Below, piece after piece: positions 48,271 through 58,593 of a DNA stretch of 64,000 bases. Position 1 is the stretch's first letter. Every line of letters starts with the position of its first letter. The stretch comes from Candidatus Bathyarchaeota archaeon (GTDB taxonomy: Archaea > Thermoproteota > Bathyarchaeia > TCS64): NCBI GenBank assembly GCA_018396695.1, contig JAGTQU010000003.1, positions 12,899 to 76,898 of the forward strand, written 5' to 3'. The notes beneath the pieces were generated by a model. The model saw nothing but the letters and a program-made list of their open reading frames with translations, ran no database searches and was not told the DNA's origin. The position numbers and the translations under genes were made by a program.

Positions 48271-49118
48271 TGCAGATCCCTCAACACACCCTCTGATCTC
48301 AGAGCTTCTACAAGTTTTTCAGCTACTTCCTCAGGAGTCTCTCCTTTAATCATTATTCTTTTTCGCTCTACAAGAGGAGCCTTAACATCCAAGATTTCTA
48401 TCGCTGATAACTTTTTTAATTCCTCTACCGAAAGCCCAAGAGTTTTTGAATCCCATTCAATTACAGGTTTTCGTTTAGCCTTCATAATATTCATTAAGGA
48501 GGGTATTCTAGGCTCGTTTATCTCTCGAATCACCGATACGATTGCAGGAAGTTCTGCCTCTACTACCTCCTCACAATATTCAAGTTCTCTTTCCACTTTG
48601 ATCTTATTACCGACTAAATCGATGCGTCTCGCATACATTACTTGGGAGATGTTCAAGATCTCAGCTATGCGAGCCCCAATCTGAGAAGATAGAGTATCTA
48701 AACTCATCTCACCGCATAAAACTAGATCAAATGGCGCAAGTTTCTTCAGAGCAAAGGATAAAACCTTAGCGGTGGTTAAAGCATCTAGACCTATCAACTC
48801 TTTGTCATTTATTATATAAGCGGAATCTGCGCCTGAAGATAATGCATCAAGAATAGTCGTTCTGGTTTTTTCATCACCTAGAGAAAGGGTTACAACTTCT
48901 CCCCCGTATTTCTCTTTTAACTGAACTGCGGACTCTAACGCTCTTTTGTCTAGATCATTTATTTTCCTTTTCACCGAAACTAATATTGGTCTCCTGTCTT
49001 GACCTATCTTGATATCGGTAAGGTCCGGTATGTCCTTAACGAGGACGACTATCTTTACCAGATCACACAACCTCCAAATTTCATCTACATCGCGTACTTT
49101 CCAATCACTTATTATCAA
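48267..49118 (-). CDS. etfB: Electron transfer flavoprotein beta subunit.
   Basis: ETF-beta fold pattern. It overlaps the etfA start by 4 nt. Confidence 0.8.
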   Translation of the reverse strand: MIISDWKVRDVDEIWRLCDLVKIVVLVKDIPDLTDIKIGQDRRPILVSVKRKINDLDKRALESAVQLKEKYGGEVVTLSLGDEKTRTTILDALSSGADSAYIINDKELIGLDALTTAKVLSFALKKLAPFDLVLCGEMSLDTLSSQIGARIAEILNISQVMYARRIDLVGNKIKVERELEYCEEVVEAELPAIVSVIREINEPRIPSLMNIMKAKRKPVIEWDSKTLGLSVEELKKLSAIEILDVKAPLVERKRIMIKGETPEEVAEKLVEALRSEGVLRDLQ

Positions 49119-49167
49119 ACTATCTAAAAGTTTTAAGGTTTAAACGATAACATACCTCTGAGGTTTC

Positions 49168-50202
49168 ATGGAGTTAGATAGAATAAGAAAGGTTGCGGTC
49201 CTCGGCGGAGGAGTTATGGGGCATGGTATAGCTCAAGTGGCAGCCTTTTCAGGATTTTCAACAGTGATCCGAGACATCAGTAGAGAGATTTTAGAGAAAG
49301 CTATGCAGAATTTAGAAAGAAATCTGAATAGAATGGTTGAGAGAAACAGGATTACCGCTGAAATGGCAAAAGAGACTTTAAACAGAATATCAACTTCAGT
49401 TGACCTTGCTGAAGCTGTTAGAGATGCTGATTTGATAATTGAAGCTATACCAGAGGATCTCGGAATTAAAAAAAGAGTCTGGAGTGAAGTCTCTTCAATA
49501 GCAGGATCCGATGTCATCTGTGTCACAAACACATCTAGTATAAGCATCACAGCCATATCCGAAGCTATCGCAAATCCTCAAAGGTTTGCGGGGATGCATT
49601 TTTTTAACCCTCCAGCAGTCATGAGGCTTGTAGAGATAATTCCTGGTCGAGAGACGAGTTTTGATACAATAAAAACCGTAGAAGATCTTGCAAGAAAAAT
49701 GGGCAAAACACCTGTAATCGTGAAGAAGGATTCGCCGGGATTTATTGTGAACAGGATTCTAATAACTTACATAAACGAAGCTGCCAAACTTTTAGAAGAA
49801 GGATTGTGGAGCAAGGAGCAGATAGATGCTTCAATACAATATAAAGCCAAGATGCCTATGGGTCCGTTTACGCTTTCTGATCTGATCGGCTTAGACATAA
49901 TACACAGTATACTGAAAGTCTTCGAAGAAGGTTTTGGACCATACTATAAACCTGCGCCTTTAATTGAGAGGCTTGTCGCTGAAGGGAAACTTGGAAGGAA
50001 AACGGGTGAAGGCTTCTACACCTATAAAGAGACTCCCACAGTTTCTGAAGCAGCTTCCGAAGGTTTTGACACAAACCTGCTTCTAAGAATCTTCAGGGAA
50101 GAAGCAGAGAAGCTAGTTGCTGAAGAGGTAGCTGATCAGGCTTCCATAGATACGGCTATGAAACTAGGGGCAAACCTTCCTTACGGACCATTTGAGCTCT
50201 AG
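49168..50202 (+). CDS. hbd: 3-hydroxyacyl-CoA (3-hydroxybutyryl-CoA) dehydrogenase.
   Basis: VAVLGGGVMGHGIA Rossmann motif. The 3HCDH N-terminal and C-terminal domains are present, with a duplicated C-terminal helical region. Confidence 0.85.
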   Translation: MELDRIRKVAVLGGGVMGHGIAQVAAFSGFSTVIRDISREILEKAMQNLERNLNRMVERNRITAEMAKETLNRISTSVDLAEAVRDADLIIEAIPEDLGIKKRVWSEVSSIAGSDVICVTNTSSISITAISEAIANPQRFAGMHFFNPPAVMRLVEIIPGRETSFDTIKTVEDLARKMGKTPVIVKKDSPGFIVNRILITYINEAAKLLEEGLWSKEQIDASIQYKAKMPMGPFTLSDLIGLDIIHSILKVFEEGFGPYYKPAPLIERLVAEGKLGRKTGEGFYTYKETPTVSEAASEGFDTNLLLRIFREEAEKLVAEEVADQASIDTAMKLGANLPYGPFEL

Positions 50203-50216
50203 ATTGGGGGGGAAGA

Positions 50217-50999
50217 TTGACGGAAGTTGAACCTATCATCACTAGGATTGAAGACAGTGTCTATTGGATTATTTTGAATAGGCCTGACAAACTAAACTCG
50301 ATCAACCCTGAGATGCTCGAAATGCTTGAAAGAGCGTTAGATAAAGTTGAGGGAGACTCAGAAATAAGATGCGTAGTTATCACGGGCGCAGGAGATAGGG
50401 CCTTCTCTGCGGGCGCTGATATCTCTTTTTTCAGAAACTTATCTCCAGAAGAGGCGGAGAAGGTTATTTCAAGCAAGGGTCACCACGCATTTCTTCGGAT
50501 CATGAATTCAAATAAGCCAGTAATAGCCGCTGTTAATGGTCTAGCTTTAGGAGGAGGATGCGAACTGTCTCTTATGTGTGATTTTAGGATAGCGTCAGAT
50601 AAAGCCAGATTTGGTCAGACCGAGGTCAACCTTGGACTGATACCTGGTTGGGGAGCTACAAGGATCCTTCCTAAAATTGTAGGGCCCTCTCATGCAAAAT
50701 GGATGATGATGACTGGATGCATCTTAAGCGCGGAAGAGGCTTTAAAAATAGGCTTGGTTAATAGAGTAGTTCAATCTGACCAATTTTCTGAAGAAATTAA
50801 AAGATTTGCCATAAGCCTAGCTAAAGGACCAAACGTGGCATTAGCTGAAATTAAGAGACTTATAAATTCTAGTATAGTGGATGAAAGCGATTTAGCTTCT
50901 GAAGCGAAAAGCTTTGGAAGGATTTTCGAGACAGAAGATTTTAAAGAAGGGCTCACAGCATTCTTCGAAAAAAGAAAACCATGTTTTAAAGGATCATGA
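50217..50999 (+). CDS. Enoyl-CoA hydratase (crotonase family).
   Basis: Oxyanion-hole motifs AAVNGLALGGGCELSLMCD and the catalytic Glu residues are present. Confidence 0.85.
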   Translation: MTEVEPIITRIEDSVYWIILNRPDKLNSINPEMLEMLERALDKVEGDSEIRCVVITGAGDRAFSAGADISFFRNLSPEEAEKVISSKGHHAFLRIMNSNKPVIAAVNGLALGGGCELSLMCDFRIASDKARFGQTEVNLGLIPGWGATRILPKIVGPSHAKWMMMTGCILSAEEALKIGLVNRVVQSDQFSEEIKRFAISLAKGPNVALAEIKRLINSSIVDESDLASEAKSFGRIFETEDFKEGLTAFFEKRKPCFKGS

Positions 51000-51389
51000 A
51001 ATGATTTTAAAGCAAAGTTTTATCTCTTCTCCTTCTTTAACTATCTGCGCCTTAACTCTTAAGTCTATTAAGTCTCTATCTGTTTCACGAGCATTAGTTA
51101 TCAGTCCAGATATTCTGCCTCCTTCATCAAATTCTATCACACCAACAGTGTAAGGAGACTGACTCATCATTTTCGTTAACGGAACATGAATAGTTGTGTA
51201 AGCCTTAATGATCCCTTCCCCTTTCAGCTCCCGCCATTTATTCGTCTTTCCCATGCAGTTTGGGCAGATTGGACGGGGGGGAAGATGAACTTTTTTACAT
51301 GATGGACAATACGAAGCCATTATCTTGCCTTCGGAAAGGTATTCTCTAAAAGATTTTAATGAGAAAGGTTTAACTGACATTATAATCAT
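50994..51389 (-). CDS. DUF35 zinc-ribbon/OB-fold protein (thiolase partner).
   Basis: CPSCKKVHLPPRPICPNCMG rubredoxin-like ribbon, followed by an OB fold. It overlaps the thiolase stop. Confidence 0.75.
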   Translation of the reverse strand: MIIMSVKPFSLKSFREYLSEGKIMASYCPSCKKVHLPPRPICPNCMGKTNKWRELKGEGIIKAYTTIHVPLTKMMSQSPYTVGVIEFDEGGRISGLITNARETDRDLIDLRVKAQIVKEGEEIKLCFKIIS

Positions 51390-52621
51390 TTCCCGTAAAT
51401 TTGAACCGTAACTGTTGCGCCAGAAGCTCCAACGTTATGGCTTAAACCAATCTCCGCGTCAGCGATCTGATGTTTACCTGCTTCGCCCCTCAGCTGCTTA
51501 AACATCTCATAAGCCATGGCAGCTCCAGTTGCTCCCACTGGATGACCCTTGGCTTTCAAACCCCCGTCGGGGTTAACAGGCTTATCACCGTTGATAGCTG
51601 TCCGCCCCTCCTCAGCCGCTACTCCACCCTCTCCTTTAGGGAAGAAGCCTAGGTCCTCCGTTGCTAAAATTTCAGCTATTGTGAAACAATCATGGACGAC
51701 CGCTAAATCAATATCCTTCGGTTTAACCCCAGCCATTTTGTAGGCTTGCTGGGCTGCGATTTTAGTCCCTTTAAGTGAAGTCAAATCTTCTCTGTTGCTT
51801 AGACACATGGTGTCTGAAGCTTGTCCGAGACCCTTCAAAAAGATTGGGGTATCAGTGAACCTTTTAGCTTTTTTCGCCTCAGCAAGGATAACGACAGCTG
51901 CCCCGTCTGAAATCGGACAGCAGTCGAACAGCCGAAGAGGATAAGCAACAACAGGATTCAAAGGAGATCGAAGAAACTCCATCTCATCCTTGAAGGTTAA
52001 CCCTCTACTCTCTCCCATTTTTTTAGCAACATCTAAGACGCTAGTTTGAAAGTGGGCTTTCGGGTTCAGGGAACCATTGTAATGATTTTTAATGGAAACC
52101 GCTGCCAGTTGATCCCATCTCGACCCATGTTTAGCGAAGTGGGCTGTCGCTATAGATGCGTATAATCCTGGAAAAGTGAAACCTGCTGAAACCTCGAAAA
52201 GGTTATCGGCAGCCATCGCCAGAGTATCTGTGACTTTATTGGTATCTAGGCTCGTCATCTTCTCGACTCCTCCAACCATGACGATGTCGTATAATCCTGA
52301 AGCGATTGCCATAGCTCCCATGCTTATTGCCACACCTGAGCTTGCGCAAGCGTCTTCTATTCTTATAGCAGGCTTAGGGTTAATCCCAAGCCAGTCCGCC
52401 ATCAAAGCAGCCATGTGCGCTTGATTTTCAAAGGAATCTCCTGAAAAGGTTCCTAGAAAAAGGGCTTCTATATCCTTAAACTCGAAGTTTTTATCTACAG
52501 AGTTTATAGCTTCAAGGGTTGCTTCTAGGAAGATCTCTCTGCTCGTTTTGTCAGCATGAATCTTATTATGAAATCTAGTCATTCCAGCGCCTATCAAGGC
52601 GACATCTCTTGAAAGGTTCAA
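51386..52621 (-). CDS. Thiolase (acetyl-CoA acetyltransferase, archaeal SCP-x type).
   Basis: Catalytic Cys region EDACASSG, a C-terminal His/Cys region, and the thiolase fold length. Confidence 0.8.
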   Translation of the reverse strand: MNLSRDVALIGAGMTRFHNKIHADKTSREIFLEATLEAINSVDKNFEFKDIEALFLGTFSGDSFENQAHMAALMADWLGINPKPAIRIEDACASSGVAISMGAMAIASGLYDIVMVGGVEKMTSLDTNKVTDTLAMAADNLFEVSAGFTFPGLYASIATAHFAKHGSRWDQLAAVSIKNHYNGSLNPKAHFQTSVLDVAKKMGESRGLTFKDEMEFLRSPLNPVVAYPLRLFDCCPISDGAAVVILAEAKKAKRFTDTPIFLKGLGQASDTMCLSNREDLTSLKGTKIAAQQAYKMAGVKPKDIDLAVVHDCFTIAEILATEDLGFFPKGEGGVAAEEGRTAINGDKPVNPDGGLKAKGHPVGATGAAMAYEMFKQLRGEAGKHQIADAEIGLSHNVGASGATVTVQIYGK

Positions 52622-52696
52622 GTAGACATCAGCTTAGAATATTGAAAATGAAAAATAAGCATTATGTCGAAATAATTCTCGTCAAATGACGAATAT

Positions 52697-53650
52697 TCAA
52701 GTCTTTCCTTTAACAATCGCCCTGTAATAGTCTATTAACTGCGAGACGCCTTGTTCCACCGTATAATCTCTCTTATAATCAAGTTTCTCTTTTATCTTCT
52801 CGATTCTGAAACTGATTTTCTTTGCTTCTCCTATCCTCTCCGGAAGGTTAATGATTTTGACCTCGCATCCTTCGATCTTTTTCACTTGTTCAGAAACAAT
52901 AAATGCTATGTCCTTTATTCTTGCGGCTTCGCCTCCGACATTAAATTTATCACAAGATATCTCCTTAGAATCTATTGCGAGCATTATAGCTTTCGTAACA
53001 TCTTCAATATGCACGAATTCTCTGATGCTTTCACCGTCTCCGTAGAGGGTTAAAGGAACATGATCTAAGGCTTGTTTTACAAATTTAGGAATCACAGAAT
53101 TCCAGTGGGTATATAGTCCAACCCCAAATACATTTCCAAATCTGAGAATGATGCTCTCAACACCATCTGTAATGCTATATGATTCAAGTAGCTTCTCTCC
53201 AGCTAATTTAGTGATGCCATAAAGATTTAATGGTTGAACGGGATAAGTCTCATCAACCGGACTTATTTTTGGTTCACCATATACTGCAGCGCTGGAAGAG
53301 AAAACAACCTTGCTAACCCCCTTCTTTTTTGCAGCTTCAAGAATTTGAAAAGTGCCGTATATATTAACGGATACGGCTTCTTCAGGTTTTTCATAACACT
53401 TGTCAAGCGTGGAGATCGCTGCCAGATGAACAATGCAATCGGCGTTCTCAACTATTTTTTCAAGAAGCTTGAGGTTTCGAATATCTCCTTGTACAAGTTC
53501 GAGCTGATTTCCTTTATATTTCTCAAGATGCCGATAGTCTCCATTAAATAGGTTGTCAACCGATACTACAAACATTCCTTTTTCGAGCAATTTTTTAATC
53601 AAATAAGATCCAATATACCCTGCTCCACCGGTCACGACTATTTTAACCAT
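52697..53650 (-). CDS. NAD-dependent epimerase/dehydratase (SDR, GalE-like).
   Basis: VTGGAGYIGS Rossmann motif and a YxxxK dyad. Confidence 0.8.
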   Translation of the reverse strand: MVKIVVTGGAGYIGSYLIKKLLEKGMFVVSVDNLFNGDYRHLEKYKGNQLELVQGDIRNLKLLEKIVENADCIVHLAAISTLDKCYEKPEEAVSVNIYGTFQILEAAKKKGVSKVVFSSSAAVYGEPKISPVDETYPVQPLNLYGITKLAGEKLLESYSITDGVESIILRFGNVFGVGLYTHWNSVIPKFVKQALDHVPLTLYGDGESIREFVHIEDVTKAIMLAIDSKEISCDKFNVGGEAARIKDIAFIVSEQVKKIEGCEVKIINLPERIGEAKKISFRIEKIKEKLDYKRDYTVEQGVSQLIDYYRAIVKGKT

Positions 53651-53678
53651 TTTCCTAAACCTTGAAAAAAGGGATGAA

Positions 53679-54488
53679 TCAAGTTAACTTCTTTTTTACC
53701 CAATCAGCGATCTCTGCGCCAGTAGCGAACCAGACATCCTTCTTCTCTTGCATCTCACTGAGCAGCTTCTCAAGCATTTTCAACCTTGATATTCGTCCAA
53801 TAGCTTGAGGATGGCATGTAAGACAAAAATATCTACCAAGCTCGTATAAACCCTCAAACTCAGGTTTCCATATTTCATAAACTTCCGCTGGGCTTCTTCG
53901 CTCTGTGTCAAACTGTGGCCAATCGTCTAAGATCCATTCAACTGGAAGCTCAACTAATCCTGTTTCTTCTCCTCGATATTTCAGCATATATGGCATATCA
54001 TCGTCCATGAAGTTGCTTGAATATTTGAATCCTAAACGTTTAAGATGCATGATAGTTCTATCACTTACAAGCCAGTATGGTGCGCGATAACCTTGAGGTT
54101 TTACTCCGATGCGTTCCATTGAAACCATCATGCGTTCAAAAACCGATTCTTCTGCTTCATATGAGATCTCAGTCATCCTTTCATGGGCATATCCATGACC
54201 GCCTATCTCGTGACCTCTACTTCTGATCTCTTCGACAGAATCAGGATAGTTGTCAATAGTCCAACCTGGAGTAAAGAATGTGGCTTTTATATCTAATTTG
54301 TCTAATAGATCCAGGACACGTGGAATTGCGACTTTAGGAGCATATCTTCCTCTACTTTGACTAACTACATCTAGCGGGGTCCTCCACATGGTCGCGCTTG
54401 AAGAATCGTAATCAAAGGAGAGGAACACGCAACATCTATACCCGTTAGGCCAGAAACTCATCTTTATCGTGATTCGTAAACTTTTCAT
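53679..54488 (-). CDS. Polysaccharide deacetylase (NodB homology, CE4).
   Basis: LSFDYD and HEIGGHGYAHE metal-ligand motifs. The real start is probably the Met at MSFWPNG. Confidence 0.7.
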   Translation of the reverse strand: MKSLRITIKMSFWPNGYRCCVFLSFDYDSSSATMWRTPLDVVSQSRGRYAPKVAIPRVLDLLDKLDIKATFFTPGWTIDNYPDSVEEIRSRGHEIGGHGYAHERMTEISYEAEESVFERMMVSMERIGVKPQGYRAPYWLVSDRTIMHLKRLGFKYSSNFMDDDMPYMLKYRGEETGLVELPVEWILDDWPQFDTERRSPAEVYEIWKPEFEGLYELGRYFCLTCHPQAIGRISRLKMLEKLLSEMQEKKDVWFATGAEIADWVKKKLT

Positions 54489-54590
54489 CTATTTAAAAGA
54501 CTTTACTTTAATATCTCAAATTATGAAAGGATTTGCGATACTAATACTAAAAGTTAAATGGTTCCCATAACATATTAGACGGGATCCGAG

Positions 54591-55799
54591 ATGATAGACT
54601 TTTCATTTACGGACGAGCAAAACCTTTTCAGAGAATCAGTTAGAGAATGGCTTGCTAAGAATCTTCCTATCGAAAAAGTGAGAGAGAATGATGAGAAACA
54701 TAAAATACCTAAAGACATCATAAAGGGTCTAGGAGATTTAGATCTACTCTGTATGACGCTACCTGAAGAGCATGGAGGTGCCGGAGCAGATTGGGTCACT
54801 ACCGCCATAGCTGCCGAAGAGCTTGGATACGCAGACATTTCAGTTGCTATACCCGTCTTCTTTCTAGTTCAAGCGAGCTGGGGTTACGTAGTAGATGAAT
54901 ACTGCACAGACGTTGTAAGAGATATCTGTCTAAGAAAAGCAGCTAAAGGAGAATCATTCATAGGCATCGGAGTAACCGAGCCTGGAGGAGGATCAGATGT
55001 CGCAGGGTTCAAAACAATGCTGAAAAAAGAAAAAGATGGTTGGCTTATAAACGGAGAGAAGACGTACATAAGTGGGACAGAAGAATGTAAAGAGATGGGG
55101 GGAGGATACTTTGTCTCAGGATTTAGCGACAAATCCCAAGGTCACAGAGGAATGACTGCCTTCTACATGCCCATCAATGCTCCTGGAGTCGAGGTAACGA
55201 AGCGGTTCGAGAATATGGGAAGAATGGCGATTAGCACAGGAGGTTTCAAAATGACTAACGTTCACATACCTGATGAATATCAGTTAGGAGAGACAGGCAG
55301 AGGTTTCTACTTAACAATGGAGGGTTTCGATGCAGCAAGAGTTTTAGTATCTTCTAGCTGTATAGGTGCTGCTCAAAGGGCTTTAGAGTTAGGAATAGAG
55401 TATATAAAAGAAAGGAGAGCCTTCGAGCAACCCTTAGCAAAGTTTCAAGGGATACAATTTGACTTAGCAGAAATGGCTGCTGAGCATGAAGCCATAAAAT
55501 CGCTAATATATAGAACAGCTTGGATGCTCGACAAGAAATATAAAGAGGGTACATTCACTGCCTTAGAGTGCAGCAAATATATTTCAATGTGCAAACTTTT
55601 GGCTCCACATCATGCTTTAGACGTGTTAAAGAGAACTATGCTTTGGTTTGGGGCTTACGGCTACTCTAAAGAATGTCCTCTCGAAATGGGATTAAGAGGA
55701 ATCATGAGTTACTGCATAGGAGCTGAAGGCGCTTCTAACATTCAAAAGATAGTTATCTCGAGAGAGACTCTGGGAAGGGATTGGACTAGAACCAGATAA
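54591..55799 (+). CDS. Acyl-CoA dehydrogenase.
   Basis: Three-domain ACAD pattern. The catalytic Glu lies near the C-terminus in GAYGYS...E. Confidence 0.85.
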   Translation: MIDFSFTDEQNLFRESVREWLAKNLPIEKVRENDEKHKIPKDIIKGLGDLDLLCMTLPEEHGGAGADWVTTAIAAEELGYADISVAIPVFFLVQASWGYVVDEYCTDVVRDICLRKAAKGESFIGIGVTEPGGGSDVAGFKTMLKKEKDGWLINGEKTYISGTEECKEMGGGYFVSGFSDKSQGHRGMTAFYMPINAPGVEVTKRFENMGRMAISTGGFKMTNVHIPDEYQLGETGRGFYLTMEGFDAARVLVSSSCIGAAQRALELGIEYIKERRAFEQPLAKFQGIQFDLAEMAAEHEAIKSLIYRTAWMLDKKYKEGTFTALECSKYISMCKLLAPHHALDVLKRTMLWFGAYGYSKECPLEMGLRGIMSYCIGAEGASNIQKIVISRETLGRDWTRTR

Positions 55800-55807
55800 C
55801 TTTTTAT

Positions 55808-56182
55808 TTATTTTGAAAACACTTCAATCGAAATCCTATAATTTTCAGGAAAATTGAATACCTCTGTAAATATTTTCTCTATAATATTAGAGATCTTATC
55901 TACTTCTTTTACGTCAAAGAATTTCTGAATAGAAACATATTCATTAGATTGACGATCCCATGCAACGCTAGCATCAAATATACTAATCAGGTCCTCTATC
56001 TCAAGACTTGAAAGCTCTATTAAGGGTATATCCATAACAATAATTCCTCCTGATTCAAATATGGCGAATTGTATGAATTTTCCTGATTCAATCTCCCTTA
56101 CGATTACATAGTCTTCTTTTTTTTCTATCGCTAGCTTAAAGGCTCTATCGATTTCTTCAAGCCTCTCCTTTTTTAATATCAA
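55808..56182 (-). CDS. Hypothetical acidic protein.
   Basis: ORF translation only. Confidence 0.3.
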   Translation of the reverse strand: MILKKERLEEIDRAFKLAIEKKEDYVIVREIESGKFIQFAIFESGGIIVMDIPLIELSSLEIEDLISIFDASVAWDRQSNEYVSIQKFFDVKEVDKISNIIEKIFTEVFNFPENYRISIEVFSK

Positions 56183-56289
56183 TTTATCAGAAAGATGTAT
56201 CTAACAAGAAAACAAAAAGGTTATCAAATCGAAAAAATCAAAATATCAAATATAATGGTTAAATTTCTCATCTCATCAGTGGTTTTGGT

Positions 56290-58356
56290 TTGAACGAGAG
56301 AGTGCTGATAATCTGTGAAAAACCAAGTTCTGCAAAGAAGATCTCTCAAGCCTTAGATGAAAAGCGAAAACCAGAAACATGTCAAGAAAACAATACCACC
56401 TATTACATAGCGAGAAGAAAGGGATCCGAGCTTATAATTGTGTCTGCTTTAGGTCATTTATATACTCTTACGCAGAGTGGAAAAGGTTGGTCATATCCAG
56501 TTTTAAAATTTGAATGGGTTCCAATTCACGCTATAAAACCAAACATAAAAGCTAAAAACTGTATTGATGTAATTGCTAAACTCTCGAAAAAAGTAAATGC
56601 TTATGTGAGCGCTTGCGACTACGACATAGAAGGCAGTTTAATAGCATACAACATTCTCATCTACGCCTGCGGCGCCGAGAGTTTGAAGAAATCTAAACGC
56701 ATGAAATATTCCACTCTAATGGAAGCCGACTTGATAGACGCATGGGAAAACATGTCTCCTAACCTTGATTACCCTGTTATCGAGGCAGGTAAAGCGAGAC
56801 ATGAAATTGACTGGATATTCGGAATCAACCTCAGCCGAGCTCTAACGCTATCAATCAAGAATGTTTTAGGAATCTATAAGACGCTAAGTATAGGTAGGGT
56901 TCAGGGACCAACGCTTAGATTCATCGAAGAGAGGGAGACTCAAATTCAGACGCATGTTCCAGTTCCCTACTGGACTATAGAAGCAAAAGTAGAGATCGAT
57001 GGAAAGGAATACAGATTAGAATTCGAGAAAGAAACCATCGAGACTGAAAAAGAAGCTTTGGAGATTGAATCTTCCTGTAAAGGGCGGGAAGGGAGAATAA
57101 TAGAGATAAAAAAATCTGTAAGAACCTTTCCTCCTCCGCCCCCTTTTAATATAGGAGATTTACAACAGGAAGCATTCTATCAGTTTCGAATATCTCCAAA
57201 AACAGTTCTCGGAATTGCTGAAAAACTCTACTTAAACGCTTTGATAAGCTATCCAAGAACCTCTAGCCAAAAACTCCCCCCATCTTTGAACATTGGAGGG
57301 GTCCTCAGGGAATTAGGTAGAAAAAAAGATTATTATCAATATGTTGTAAAGCTTCTTAACAAACCATTCCTAGCCCCTAGAAATGGAATAAAAGAAGACC
57401 CTGCTCACCCTGCAATCTATCCAACAGGAAATATGCCACAAAACCTCAAGATCCTCGAATTTAAGATCTTTGATCTAATCTCTAGACGTTTCATGGCTAC
57501 TTTTGGAGATTCAGCGAAAAAAGAAGATATAACGGCTTTCATAGAAGTAAACGGGTATAATTTCCATCTTAAAAGTAGTAGAATATTGGAACCTAATTGG
57601 ATAGAAATCTATAAACCCTATTTCAAAATGAAAGATGAGAAACTTCCTCTATTGAGAGATGGTCAAATCTTAAAGATCAAAACATTAAAAGCTTTGAAAC
57701 AATATTCAAAACCCCCATCAAGGTTTAATCATGGCTCGCTGCTTAGGGTTATGGAAAAGGAAAATATCGGCACTAAAGCCACGAGAGCAGAGATAATCCA
57801 TACGCTCCAAAAACGAGGATACCTCGAAGATAACCCTTTTAAAATTACAGATTTAGGGTTCTCAATAGTCGAGACACTAAGCAAATACTGTCCAGAGATT
57901 TTATCTGTTGAAACTACTCGGACCTTAGAAATGGATCTTGAGAACATTCAATATGAACAAATAAACTCTTGTGAGGTAGTGAGTAAAGCAATAGAGAAAC
58001 TTGAACCAATCCTATTAGAGATCAAGAAAAATGAGAGAACGCTGGGCAGAGAACTTGGAGAAACTCTAACTAAACTAACACGGAAAGAAAAAAGTATAGG
58101 CGTTTGTCCAACTTGTAAAGCAGGGGAAATAATAATACTAAAAAACAATCGGACTGGAAAAAGATTTGCAGGTTGCAACAACTATCGGAATGGCTCATGT
58201 ACTACAAGCTATCCCTTACCCCAAAAAGGCCGTATTGAACCAACTGGGAAAATTTGTCCTGAATGTAAAGCTCCAATAATTAAAGTCTTAGTTAGAGGAA
58301 GAAAAGAATGGATATTCTGCTTAAATATGAACTGCCCTACTAAGAGGAAGTTTTAG
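56290..58356 (+). CDS. topA: Type IA DNA topoisomerase (Topo I/III-like) with two C-terminal zinc ribbons.
   Basis: Toprim LIICEKPSSAKKI. SIGRVQGPTL. Active-site Tyr context LISYPRTSSQ. Cys4 ribbons CPTCKAG...CNNY..GSC and CPECKA...CLNMNC. Confidence 0.9.
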   Translation: MNERVLIICEKPSSAKKISQALDEKRKPETCQENNTTYYIARRKGSELIIVSALGHLYTLTQSGKGWSYPVLKFEWVPIHAIKPNIKAKNCIDVIAKLSKKVNAYVSACDYDIEGSLIAYNILIYACGAESLKKSKRMKYSTLMEADLIDAWENMSPNLDYPVIEAGKARHEIDWIFGINLSRALTLSIKNVLGIYKTLSIGRVQGPTLRFIEERETQIQTHVPVPYWTIEAKVEIDGKEYRLEFEKETIETEKEALEIESSCKGREGRIIEIKKSVRTFPPPPPFNIGDLQQEAFYQFRISPKTVLGIAEKLYLNALISYPRTSSQKLPPSLNIGGVLRELGRKKDYYQYVVKLLNKPFLAPRNGIKEDPAHPAIYPTGNMPQNLKILEFKIFDLISRRFMATFGDSAKKEDITAFIEVNGYNFHLKSSRILEPNWIEIYKPYFKMKDEKLPLLRDGQILKIKTLKALKQYSKPPSRFNHGSLLRVMEKENIGTKATRAEIIHTLQKRGYLEDNPFKITDLGFSIVETLSKYCPEILSVETTRTLEMDLENIQYEQINSCEVVSKAIEKLEPILLEIKKNERTLGRELGETLTKLTRKEKSIGVCPTCKAGEIIILKNNRTGKRFAGCNNYRNGSCTTSYPLPQKGRIEPTGKICPECKAPIIKVLVRGRKEWIFCLNMNCPTKRKF

Positions 58357-58593
58357 ATGAGAAATAAATGCTCTATATGTGACCGTGAAAAAGAATCGGG
58401 TTCAGATTTATGTTATCGTCATGAAAAGGCGTATAAAAACTTAAAAAAAGTCTATATAAAATGGAAGAAAGCCGTCAATATTGATTGGAATGAATATCTG
58501 AAAGAAGTCATAGAAATACCTGAAACTGGAACTTGGGTTAAAGAGGTAGCTTTAAACTTGATTAATAATCAAAAAACACAGACTTACTTATGA
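58357..58593 (+). CDS. Small CxxC...CxxH zinc-finger protein, translationally coupled to topA.
   Basis: Its ATG directly abuts the topA stop. The translation contains CSICD...CYRH. Confidence 0.35.
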   Translation: MRNKCSICDREKESGSDLCYRHEKAYKNLKKVYIKWKKAVNIDWNEYLKEVIEIPETGTWVKEVALNLINNQKTQTYL

